A stretch of 64,000 bases of DNA from an uncultured Acidimicrobiia bacterium (lineage in GTDB: Bacteria > Actinomycetota > Acidimicrobiia > IMCC26256 > JAENVU01). The position numbers and the translations under genes were made by a program. Below, piece by piece: positions 54,738 to 64,000 of this stretch. The stretch's first letter is position 1. Every line of letters begins with the position of its first letter. The notes under the pieces are model-generated. The model did not search any database, was not told the origin of the DNA, and worked only from the letters and a program-made list of their open reading frames with translations. Where the stretch lies: contig CAWDUD010000001.1 of assembly GCA_963805415.1 (NCBI GenBank), positions 76,912 to 140,911 on the forward strand, given 5' to 3'.

Positions 54738-56003
54738 CTACAGGGTCGCGGCAACCTCAGCGGCGATGCCGACGGTCTGCTCGATGATCGCGTCGGTGTG
54801 CGCGAGCGAGACGAAGAGGGTCTCGTAGCCGCTCGGCGCGAGGTACACGCCGCGATCGAGCATGCCGTGGAAGAAGCGGGCGTACCGCTCGTGGTCCGCA
54901 GCCTGGGCGCCGGCGTAGTCGGTGACCCGCTGGGGTGAGAAGAACAGCCCACCGAGGGTCATGGCCCGCGTCACCTGCGCCGGGATCCGGGCCTCGCTGA
55001 ACACCCGGGCGAGGCCGGTGAGCAGGGCATCGGCCTTCCCGGTGAGCGTGGCGTAGGCGTCCTCGTCCAGCGCGGCGAGCGCCGCGAGGCCCGCGGCGGT
55101 CGCGAGCGGGTTCCCGGAGAGCGTGCCGGCCTGGTACACGGGTCCGAGCGGTGCGAGATGGTCCATGACCGCCGCCGGTCCGCCGACGGCGGCGAGCGGC
55201 AGACCGCCGCCCACCACCTTGCCGAGGATGGTCAGGTCCGGTGTGATCCCGAACCACGCCTGCGCGCCGCCGTGCGCCGACGCGGAAGCCGGTGATCACC
55301 TCGTCGAGGACGAGCAGCGCCCCGGCCCCGGTGCACCGGTTCCGCAGGTAGTCGAGGAACCCGGCGGCGGGCGGGACGAGCCCCATGTTGGCGGCGATCG
55401 GCTCGACCAGCACCGCCGCGAAGTCGTGCTCGGCGAACGCGGCGTCGACCGCGGGGATGTCGTTGTACGGAACGACGACGGTGTCGGCGACCGCGCCGGG
55501 CGTGACCCCCGCCGAGCCCGGGATGCCCAGGGTCGCGAGGCCACTGCCGGCCGCCACGAGCAGCGCATCCAGGTGACCGTGGTAGCAGCCCGCGAACTTC
55601 AGGATCTCGGTCCGCCCGGTCGCGCCGCGGCGAGCCGCACCGCGGTCATCGCCGCTTCGGTGCCGCTCGAGACCAGCCGCACCTTCTCGATGCTCTCGAC
55701 CCGCGCCGCGATCGCTTCGGCCAGCTCGACCTCGCGCGCCGTCGGCGCGCCGAACGACGTGCCGTCGGCCGCCGCTCGCTGGACCGCCTCCACGATGCGC
55801 GGATCCGCGTGCCCGAGGATCGACGCGCCCCAGGACTGGACGTAGTCGACGTAGGTCCGGCCCTCGCTGTCCACGAGCTCCGCCCCGCGGGCGCGCGCCA
55901 CGAAGAACGGAGCACCGCCCACCGCGTCGAACGCGCGCACCGGCGAGTTGACGCCGCCGGGGATGCACGCGAGCGCGCGCGCCAGGAGCGCTTCGTCGGT
56001 CAC
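54738..56003 (-). CDS. hemL: Glutamate-1-semialdehyde 2,1-aminomutase (frameshifts near 55625 and 55275)
   Basis: [41 protein letters not shown]. Confidence 0.95.
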
Positions 56004-56010
56004 GGTCTGC

Positions 56011-56987
56011 TCACTGCAGCGATTCGGCGATCTCACGCGCGAAGTAGGTGAGCACGAAGTCGGCACCGGCCCGCCGGATCGCGAGGAGGTGCTCGCGCGC
56101 GACGGCCTCGCCGTCGATCCAGCCGTTGGCGGCCGCGGCCTTGACCATCGCGTACTCACCGCTCACGTGGTACGCCGCGAGCGGGACGTCGAAGGCCGGC
56201 CGCAGCGCCGCGATGACGTCGAGGTAGGCGAGGGCGGGCTTCACCATGATCATGTCGGCACCCTCGGCGACGTCGAGCGCCGTCTCCTCGAGCGCCTCCC
56301 GTACGTTCCCCGCCTGCATCTGGTAGCCGCGCCGGTCGCCGAACTGCGGCGCGCACTCGGCCGCGTCCCGGAACGGGCCGTACAGCGCGGAGGCGTACTT
56401 CGCCGAGTAGGCGAGGATCGCGGTGTCGGGGTGGCCCGCGGCGTCGAGCGCGGCGCGGATGGCGCCCACCTGACCGTCCATCATCCCGCTGGGCGCGACG
56501 ACGTCGACCCCCGCGTCCGCCTGGGCGACCGCGATCGACGCGTAGCGCTCCAGCGTGCTGTCGTTGTCGACCTCGCCGGTCGCGGTCAGGAGACCGCAGT
56601 GGCCGTGGTCGGTGTACTCGTCGAGGCAGGCGTCGGCCATCAGCACGAGCGCGTCGCCGATCTCGTCGCGGAGGTTGCGCAGCGCGTCCTGGACCACGCC
56701 GTCGGGGGCGTCCGCCTGGCTCCCGGGGCGTCCTTCGTGGCCGGGATCCCGAACAGGATCACCGCGGGGACCCCGAGCCCGGCGAGCGCGCGGACCTCCT
56801 TGCGGAGGCTCTCCTGGCTGTGCTGGACCACGCCGGGCATCGAGACGACCGGTTCGGGCTCGGCGACGCCCTCCTTCACGAACAGGGGGGCGACGAGGTC
56901 GTCGACGTCGAGCCGGGTCTCGGCCACGAGCCGGCGCATGGCCGCGGTGCGGCGCAGCCGGCGCGGCCGCTGGTCGGGGAAGGTCAC
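56011..56987 (-). CDS. hemB: Porphobilinogen synthase (frameshift near 56720)
   Basis: [44 protein letters not shown]. Confidence 0.96.
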
Positions 56988-56997
56988 GGTCGCCAGG

Positions 56998-58470
56998 CTA
57001 CCGATCGGCCGGCGTCGACAGCGCGCCCAGGAGCGCCGTGACGAGACCGTCGATCGTGTGGGGATCGGCCTCCGCGCCCACCACGAGACCGCGGCCGCGC
57101 GCCCGGTCGCTCGTGACCGGCCCGATCGAGACCACGAGCGGCGCGGGCTCGGGCAGCGGGCCGACGAGGTCGCAGAAGTTGTCGACCGTCGAGGACGCCG
57201 TGAACGTGATGGCATCGACCTCGCCGCGCTGCACGCGTGCGAGATCCTCGGGGTCGGGCGTGGCCGTGACGGTCCGGTACACCGGCAGCACCTCGACGAC
57301 GTACCCGAGCCGGGCGAGTCCCTCGGGCAACGTGTCGCGGGCGACCTCGGCGCCGCCAGCAGCACGCGGTCGCCGGTGAGCGCAGGCGGGAACGCCTCGA
57401 GCAGCGACTCCGCCACGAACCGCTCGGGCACGAGATCGGGGACGATCCCATGGTGGCCGAGCGCCGCCGCCGTCCCCGACCCGATCGCGGCGATCCGGCA
57501 CCCGCCGAGCGCACGGGCGTCGAGGCCGTGCGCGGCGAGCCCGCGGGCGAAGAAGCCGTCCACCCCGTTCACCGACGTGAACACGACCCACGCGTAGCCA
57601 CTCGGATCCGGCCGCGCGATGGGCAGCGGCTCGATGGCGATCGACGGCAGCTCGACGACCGTCGCCCCGAGCTCCTCGAGGCGGTTCCGGAGCGAGCTCG
57701 CCTGCTCTCGTGCCCGCGTGACCACGACGGTGCGGCCGAACAGCGGGCGGGTCTCGAACCAGCTGAGGTCCAGGCCGGCCACGGGACCGACCACGATCGC
57801 GCTCGGCGAGGCGACACCGAGCGCGGTGATGGTGGAGAGCGTGGCCCGGGTCGTCGCCTGCTCGGGCGCGTGCCCCAGCGCACGGCCGCCACGGGCGTGT
57901 CGGGATCGCGCCCGTGCTCGATGAGCAGGTCCACGATCGTCTCGAGGCGGCCCGCGCCCATCAGGATCACGAGCGTCCCGCCGGCACGCGGCGAGCGCGG
58001 CCCAGTCGGTGTCGGTCGTGCCCTTCGCCGGGTCCTCGTGGCCGGTGACGACGGTGACGTGCGTCGACAGCCCGCGGTGGGTCACCGGGATCCCGGCGTA
58101 GGCGGGCGCGGCAATCGCGGTCGGTGATGCCCGGAACCACCTCGAACGGGACGCCGGCCGCGATCAGGGCCTCGGCCTCCTCGCCGCCGCGCCCGAACAC
58201 GAACGGGTCGCCCCCCTTGAGTCGCACGACGGCGCGGCCCGCGGCACCGTGCTCGACCAGCGTCGCGTTGATCCCCTCCTGGTCCATCGCGACCCGACCC
58301 GGCGCCTTGCCCACGTCGATCCGCGTTGCCGCCACGGGCGCGAGGTCGAGGAGCGACGGATGGGCGAGTCGGTCGAAGACCACCACATCGGCCCGTGCCA
58401 GCAGCTCGGCCCCCCGCACCGTGACCAACCCCGGGTCCCCCGGCCCGGCCCCGACCAGGTACACGGTCAT
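56998..58470 (-). CDS. cobA: Fused uroporphyrinogen-III C-methyltransferase / uroporphyrinogen-III synthase (about 3 frameshifts)
   Basis: [31 protein letters not shown], then [28 protein letters not shown]. Confidence 0.93.
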
Positions 58471-58584
58471 GCCCGGACCTCCACACCGGCGGGGACGGGC
58501 CGTGCGCAACGGAGGGCGGCGCCGCAGGCGACGACCACCGTGGAGCGGACCAGGCGCCCGGCCCCGACCAGGTACACGGTCATG
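58443..58584. repeat. 29-bp perfect direct repeat (58443-58471, 58556-58584) duplicating the cobA start
   Basis: gcccggccccgaccaggtacacggtcatg occurs twice, 113 bp apart. Confidence 0.95.
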
Positions 58585-59475
58585 ACGCGGCCCCGTCGGT
58601 GAGGAGATCGGCGCCGCCGAGGTCGTCGAGGATGCGGCGGGCCGCGGCCACCCCGGCCCGCTCGGGATCGGCATCGCCGGTCACGGTCCGCAGCACGCGG
58701 GCACCGTCCTCCGAGGCCAGGAGCGCGTCGAGCGACACGCTGCCGTCGGGCGCGACCGTCGCCAACGCGCCGCACGGCATGGTGCAGCCCCCGCCCAGCT
58801 CGCGCAAGAACGCGCGCTCGGCGTCGAGGGAGCGGTGCAGCTCGTCGTCGTCGATCGGCGTGACCAGGTCGCGCACGACCGCGTCGTCGCGCCGGCACTC
58901 GACCGCGAGTGCGCCCTGCCCGACCATCGGGAGCATCAGCTCGACGTCGAGGATCTCCGCGACGCGATCCGAGAGCCCGAGCCGCCGAGCGCGGCGGCCG
59001 CGACCACGACCGCCGCGTGCTCGACGCCTTCTCCACGCGCGTCGGCACGTTGCCGCGGAGCTCGGCGAAGCAGAGGTCCGGACGGATGGCGGCGAGCTGC
59101 GCCCGGCGGCGCACCGAACCCGTCCCGATCGTCCCCGCGTGGGGGACCGCGGCGAGCGTCGAGCCGACGAGCGCGTCACGCACGTCGGCCCGCTCGGGCA
59201 CCGCGGCGAGCACGAGGTCCTCCGGGGTCACCGCCATGAGGTCCTTGGCCGAGTGCACGGCGAGGTCGGCGTCGCCACGGCGCACGACCTCCTGGACCTC
59301 CTTGACGAACACGCCGTTGCCGCCGAGCGTGTGGATCGCGCTCGGTGCGGTCGCGGTCGCCGTGGGTCGACACGATCACGAGCTCGGTCTCGGTCCCGAG
59401 CCGGGCCGCGACGCGCTCCGCCTGCCAGCGCGCCAGCGCGCTGCCACGCGTGGCGATCCGGACCGGTGCGGTCAT
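58580..59475 (-). CDS. hemC: Hydroxymethylbilane synthase (frameshifts near 59340 and 59000)
   Basis: [51 protein letters not shown]. Confidence 0.94.
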
Positions 59476-60747
59476 CCTGGTTCGTCGCGAAGGTCGAACA
59501 GCGCGGAGAGCGCGTCCGAGTAGAGCTCACCGCGCGCCGTGCCCGCGGCCTCCTTGAGCCGGACCGTCGGCTCGTGCAGGAGCTTGTTGACGATGCCCTG
59601 CGTGAGAGCATCGACGACGTTGCGCGACTCGGGATCGAGGCCGTCGAGCTTCGCCCGGAAGCGGTCCAGCTCGCCCTGACGCACCGACTCGGCCCACTCG
59701 CGCAGCCCCACCACGACCGGTGCGACCTCGCGGGCCGCCCGGTCGGTCTGGAAGCGCTCGAGCTCCTCGTTGATGATCTCGCGCACCGTCCCGACCTCGC
59801 GACGGCGCTCGTCGAGCGCGGCCTCGGTGCGTTGGTGGAGGTCGTCGACGTCGTGGAGCGTGACCCCCGGGACGTCGGCCGCGCCCGGATCGACGTCGCG
59901 CGGCACGGCGACGTCCACGACGAGCAGTGGCACCCCGGCGCGCCGCTCCATGACCGCCTCGATGTCGGACCGCTCGACGTGCACCTCGGTGGAGTCGGTG
60001 GCGGTCAACAGCACGTCCACGGTGGTGAGCACCTCGGGGAGCTCGCCGAGCGCGACGGCCCGACCGCCGATGTCCTTGGCCAGCCGGACCGCGCGGGCGT
60101 GAGTCCGGTTGGCCACCGCGACGTCCCCGGCGCCCGCCGCGACGAGCGCGCCGACCGAGTCCCTCGGCCACCTCACCGGCGCCGAGGATCAGCACCGAGC
60201 GGCCGCGCAGGGAGAACATCGTGCGCTCGGCGAGCGCGACCGCGGCGGAGGACACCGAGAGCGCGGAGCGGCCGATCGCGGTCTCGGTGCGGGCGCGCTT
60301 GCCGACCTCGATCGCCTGGCGGAACACCCGGGCCAGCGCCGACCCCGATGCGCCCTCGGCCTCGGCGCGCTTCCACGCGTCGCGCACCTGGCCGAGGATC
60401 TCGCCCTCACCGAGGATCATCGAGTCGAGCCCGGCGGCCACGCCGAAGAGGTGGGAGACCGCGCTGTCGTCGTAGTACGTGTAGAGGTGCTCGGAGAAGT
60501 CCTCCGGCGCCGCGCCGCCCTGCTCGGACAGGAAGTCCAGGACGTCGGACACCGCCGAGTGGAACTTCGTCGACCGGGCGTAGATCTCGGTGCGGTTGCA
60601 GGTCGACAGGAGCACGACCTCGGCGAGGTGCTCCCGCGACGACAGGTCGTGGAGCGCCTTCACCAGGCTCGAGGACGGCACCGCCACCCGCTCGCGCAGC
60701 TCCACCGGCGCGCTGCGGTGGTTGAGACCAACGACGATCACAGACAC
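59472..60747 (-). CDS. hemA: Glutamyl-tRNA reductase (frameshift near 60165)
   Basis: GLNHRSAP, LSTCNRTE, GLDSMILGEGEILGQ, GAGE, DVAVPRDV, KLLHEP. Confidence 0.96.
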
Positions 60748-61382
60748 GAGCGGAGCAGCTCCCTTGCTTCGGCCTCGCGGCCGGCGCGGACCAGGTCGAG
60801 AATGCCGGATTCGAAGGCACGCCGCCAATCGGCGTCCTCGCTCGAACGCCCCGCGGCGCGAAAGGCTTCCCGGGCCTCGGCGAGCAGCTCCAGCAGCGTC
60901 TCGTACTCGGCGCCCATCTCGGTGGCGACGTGATCGCGCAGATAGGTCGCGAGCGCGGGACTCCGCCCGTTCGTCCCGATCGTGACCACGATGTCGCCGC
61001 GGCGGACCACCGACATGAGCGTGAAACTGCAGTTCCGCGGGTCGTCGGCGGAGTTCACCCAGACGCGCCGCTCCTCACCGGCGAGGAACACCACGCGGTC
61101 GACGTCGGGCACGCCGGTGGCGGTGATCGCGAGCCAGACGTCGTCGAGGTCGCCGGGTCGGAACCCTCGCGCCTCCCACGCGACCCGGCCGTCCGCCGCC
61201 ATCGTCCGGACCCCCTCGCCCGCCTCGGGAGCGACCACGAGGACGTCGGCCCGCGCGCGCAGCAGTCCCTCGATCTTGCGCTGGGCGATGCGGCCGGCAC
61301 CGACCACGAGGCAGCGCCGACCGGCGACGACGAAGTTCGCGGGGTAGCCGTCGAGCACCGGCCTGTCGGTCGCCCCGCTCAC
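60738..61382 (-). CDS. Precorrin-2 dehydrogenase / sirohydrochlorin ferrochelatase (SirC, CysG N-terminal type)
   Basis: YP, LVVGAGRIAQRK, VNSADDP..CSF, TNGRSPALA. Confidence 0.92.
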   Translation of the reverse strand: MSGATDRPVLDGYPANFVVAGRRCLVVGAGRIAQRKIEGLLRARADVLVVAPEAGEGVRTMAADGRVAWEARGFRPGDLDDVWLAITATGVPDVDRVVFLAGEERRVWVNSADDPRNCSFTLMSVVRRGDIVVTIGTNGRSPALATYLRDHVATEMGAEYETLLELLAEAREAFRAAGRSSEDADWRRAFESGILDLVRAGREAEARELLRSCL

Positions 61383-62050
61383 GAGGCGCGCTCCTTGATC
61401 CGCCGGTGTGACTGGTAGAACGACAGGATCTGGAGCTCGGTGGCGAGGTCCACCTTGCGCACCGAGACGCCGTCGGGGACCGAGATCACGGCCGGGGCGA
61501 AGTTGAGGATCGACGCCACGCCGGCCTCGACCAGGCGGTCGGCGACGGCCTGGGCCGCGCCGGCCGGGGCGGCGATGATGCCGATGGTGATGCCGCGGGT
61601 CCGCACGATCTGGGGCAGGTCGTCCATCGGCTCGACGGTGAGCTCGCCGAGGCGCTTGCCGACCTTGGCCGGATCCGTGTCGACCAGGGCCAGGACCCGG
61701 AACCCCCGGGCGCTCAGCCCGCCGTAGTTGGCGAGGGCGTGGCCGAGGTTCCCGACCCCGGCGATGACGACCGGCCAGTCGTGGGTCAGGCCGAGCTCGC
61801 GCGAGATGCGATCGAGCAGGAAGGCGACGTCGTAGCCGACCCCACGCGTGCCGTAGGAGCCGAGGTAGGACAGGTCCTTGCGCACTTGTGCCGCGTTCAC
61901 CCCGGCGAGCTCGGCGAGCCGCTCGGACGAGACGGTGTCGACATCACCCTCGGCCACCTCGAGCAGGGCGCGGTAGTAGAGCGGGAGACGAGCGACGGCC
62001 GCGCCGGGAATCTTCCGGCTGTTCGACTGCGCTCCGCCTCGCTGGGCCAC
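61379..62050 (-). CDS. rex: Redox-sensing transcriptional repressor Rex
   Basis: RLPLYYR, VSSERLA, QVRKDLSYLGSYGTRGVGY, GVGNLG.AL, ILNFAP; GTG start with GAGG RBS. Confidence 0.97.
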   Translation of the reverse strand: MAQRGGAQSNSRKIPGAAVARLPLYYRALLEVAEGDVDTVSSERLAELAGVNAAQVRKDLSYLGSYGTRGVGYDVAFLLDRISRELGLTHDWPVVIAGVGNLGHALANYGGLSARGFRVLALVDTDPAKVGKRLGELTVEPMDDLPQIVRTRGITIGIIAAPAGAAQAVADRLVEAGVASILNFAPAVISVPDGVSVRKVDLATELQILSFYQSHRRIKERAS

Positions 62051-62117
62051 CCCGTCACCTCGTCGTCGCTCGCCACGCCGGCCCGGAGCCGACGCCGGAC
62101 TCCACGGTACACCCCGA

Positions 62118-62135
62118 TCGTGCAGTTCTTCACAA
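62118..62135. promoter_or_regulatory. Rex operator (ROP) upstream of the rex-hem operon
   Basis: TCGTGCA-GTTC-TTCACAA versus consensus TTGTGAA-N4-TTCACAA (2 mismatches), 68 nt upstream of rex. Confidence 0.8.
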
Positions 62136-62258
62136 GCGGACCATTCCCACCCAAGCCGCCCGGCGTGCGTGGCGTTCCGCGACGGTCGGACGGTCCGGGG
62201 CCGGGGGCCGGCCCCGGCCGGGGACCGGGACGGGGCGCGGCGTACGCTCGCCGACGCC

Positions 62259-62975
62259 ATGATCGTCGGCCTCGCGTTCCTCGCCACCGCCGTGGCCACG
62301 CTCTTCGCCCAGGCGACGCTGGCGCGCGCCACCACCACCCACCGGCCCCAGGACCGGGCGTGGACCGTGGCGCTGGCCCTGTTCGCCCTGGCGTCGGCCG
62401 CGCTCGCCACCGGAGTCTCGACCGGGTGGGACCGTGGGACGTTCCGGCTCTTCTACCTCCTCGGCGCGGTGCTGTCGGTGCCGTGGCTGGCCCTCGGCAC
62501 CATCCACCTGCTCGCCCGGCCGACCGTGGGTCGGCGGGCGGAGCGGATCCTCGTCTTCCTGAGCGGGCTGGCCGCCGGCGGCCTGCTCGCCGCGCCGATG
62601 CACGACGTCTCCGGGACGGCCATACCGGTGGGCAAGGACGTGTTCGGGGTGTTCCCCCGGGTGCTCGCCGCCGTCGGCAGCGGGGTCGGCGCCACGGTGA
62701 TCATCGTGGGCGCGCTCGTGTCCGCGCAGCGCTACGCGCGGGCGCGTGACGTCGCGGGTTCCGGCGGCCGCGCGGTCGCCAACCTCCTGATCGCGCTGGG
62801 GACGATCGTGCTCTCGAGCGGCGGGCTCATCCAGGGCATCGCGGGCAAGGACGAGGCGTTCGTCCTGTCACTCGCGCTCGGCATCACGGTCATCTACGCC
62901 GGGTTCCAGGTCGCGGCCCGGTCGGCGCGTCAGCCCGAGGGATCGAGCGCGCGGCGCACGAGCTTGCCCGCCTGA
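62259..62975 (+). CDS. Hypothetical integral membrane protein (about 7 TM)
   Basis: Hydrophobic helices, FRLFYLLGA..VPWLALG; TACGCT -10-like element just upstream. Confidence 0.75.
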   Translation: MIVGLAFLATAVATLFAQATLARATTTHRPQDRAWTVALALFALASAALATGVSTGWDRGTFRLFYLLGAVLSVPWLALGTIHLLARPTVGRRAERILVFLSGLAAGGLLAAPMHDVSGTAIPVGKDVFGVFPRVLAAVGSGVGATVIIVGALVSAQRYARARDVAGSGGRAVANLLIALGTIVLSSGGLIQGIAGKDEAFVLSLALGITVIYAGFQVAARSARQPEGSSARRTSLPA

Positions 62976-64000
62976 TTCCGCGGCAGCTCCTCGACCAGCT
63001 CCAAGGACGTGGGGACCTTGTAGCGGGCGAGCCGGCGCGCCACGTGGTCCCGGATGCTCGCGAGCGTGGGGGTACGGCCCGGCGCGGGGACCACGAACGC
63101 CGCGACCGCCTCGCCCGAACGCGGGCTCGGGACTCCGATGACCGCGACGTCGGCGACGTCGGGGTGATCGAGCAGCGCCTCCTCGACCTCGGCCGGGTAG
63201 ACGTTGAACCCCGACACGATGATGAGGTCCTTCATCCGGTCCACGAGGCTGAGGAAGCCGTCGTCGCCGGCGACCGCGACGTCCCCGGTGCGCAACCAGC
63301 CGTCCTGGAGCACGCGGGCGGTGGCCTCCGGGTCCTCCCAGTAGCCCCGGAAGACGTTCGCGCCCCGCACCCAGATCTCACCCGGGTCGCCCACGGCCAC
63401 GTCGGTCCCCTCGGCGTCGACGAGGCGCACCTCCACGCCGGGCAGCGGCGGCCCGATGGAGCCCCAGCGGGGCCGGCGCTCGACCGCGGTCGTCGTGACG
63501 ATCGGCGCGGCCTCGGTGAGTCCGTAGCCCTCGTGGATCACGACGTCGAACCGCTCCTGGAAGCGATCGGCGACGTCCCGGGGCAGCTCCGCCGCACCCG
63601 CCACCGCGAGACGGACGGAGCGGAAGCTGTCGCGCGGCGCGACCGGCTCGGGGAGCTCGAGCAGCGCGTCGAACATGGCCGGCACCCCGGCGAGGATCGA
63701 GACCCGGTGCGCGCGGACCAGATCGACCACACGGGTCGCGTCGAACTGGGGCAGCAGCACCGACTGCACGCCACCCGCGAGCGCGACCCCGAGCGCGACG
63801 TTGAGCCCGAAGACGTGGAAGAAGGGGAGGGTCGCGAGCCCGATGTCGTCGGGACTGACCCGCAGCCCGGGGTGGGACTGGACCTGGCCGATGTTGGCTT
63901 CGAGGTTGCCGTGGCTGAGCATCGCGGCGCGGGGCGCGCCCGCGGTCCCGGAGGTGAAGAGCAGCACCGCGAGCTCGTCGTCGTCGCGCTCGACCTCACC
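62930..64000 (-). CDS. Long-chain fatty-acid--CoA ligase family protein (N-terminus outside window)
   Basis: FTSGTAG.P, EGYGLTEA, GWLRTGD, DRMKDLIIVSGFNVYPAEVE, LPRNQAGK. Confidence 0.93.
   Translation of the reverse strand, partial: GEVERDDDELAVLLFTSGTAGAPRAAMLSHGNLEANIGQVQSHPGLRVSPDDIGLATLPFFHVFGLNVALGVALAGGVQSVLLPQFDATRVVDLVRAHRVSILAGVPAMFDALLELPEPVAPRDSFRSVRLAVAGAAELPRDVADRFQERFDVVIHEGYGLTEAAPIVTTTAVERRPRWGSIGPPLPGVEVRLVDAEGTDVAVGDPGEIWVRGANVFRGYWEDPEATARVLQDGWLRTGDVAVAGDDGFLSLVDRMKDLIIVSGFNVYPAEVEEALLDHPDVADVAVIGVPSPRSGEAVAAFVVPAPGRTPTLASIRDHVARRLARYKVPTSLELVEELPRNQAGKLVRRALDPSG

Noticed and set aside
61379..62410. 343-aa N-terminally extended Rex from the ORF track
   Set aside because: The extension overlaps the operator and the divergent gene; GTG at 62050 has an RBS and gives a normal-length Rex.

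Overview
Very GC-rich actinobacterial core-genome window; Acidimicrobiia-like by inference from gene content and synteny. From left to right it holds: the rplL-rplJ-rplA-rplK-nusG-secE-tRNA-Trp block; an ECF sigma/anti-sigma pair; rpmG and tRNA-Met/Thr/Tyr; a GNAT gene and yajQ; a membrane-fused spermidine-synthase-like gene; htpX; CPA1 antiporter-ppgK-MMPL; HAD-acs; a MidA/NDUFAF7-like methyltransferase; two tandem complex I operons (an 11-subunit nuoABCDHIJKLMN lacking nuoEFG, and a full nuoA-N); deacetylase/GT4/menJ-like genes; an 8-gene Rieske/cytochrome b operon of b6-type with a built-in 2[4Fe-4S] ferredoxin; and rex-sirC-hemA-hemC-cobA/hemD-hemB-hemL. More than 20 conserved genes carry frameshifts, most likely uncorrected long-read indels, so coordinates of split genes are reconstructed by eye. 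The most interesting signals are: (1) a dispersed structured repeat built from c-GNA-g mini-hairpins just upstream of the start codons of rplA, rplK, rpmG and cytochrome b; (2) a b6-like split cytochrome b with the heme-ci Cys plus a ferredoxin, near a NuoEFG-less complex I; (3) an NDUFAF7-like gene trailing the one nuo operon whose NuoD keeps the target Arg; (4) a 29-bp duplication of the cobA start that creates a doubly coupled mini-ORF.
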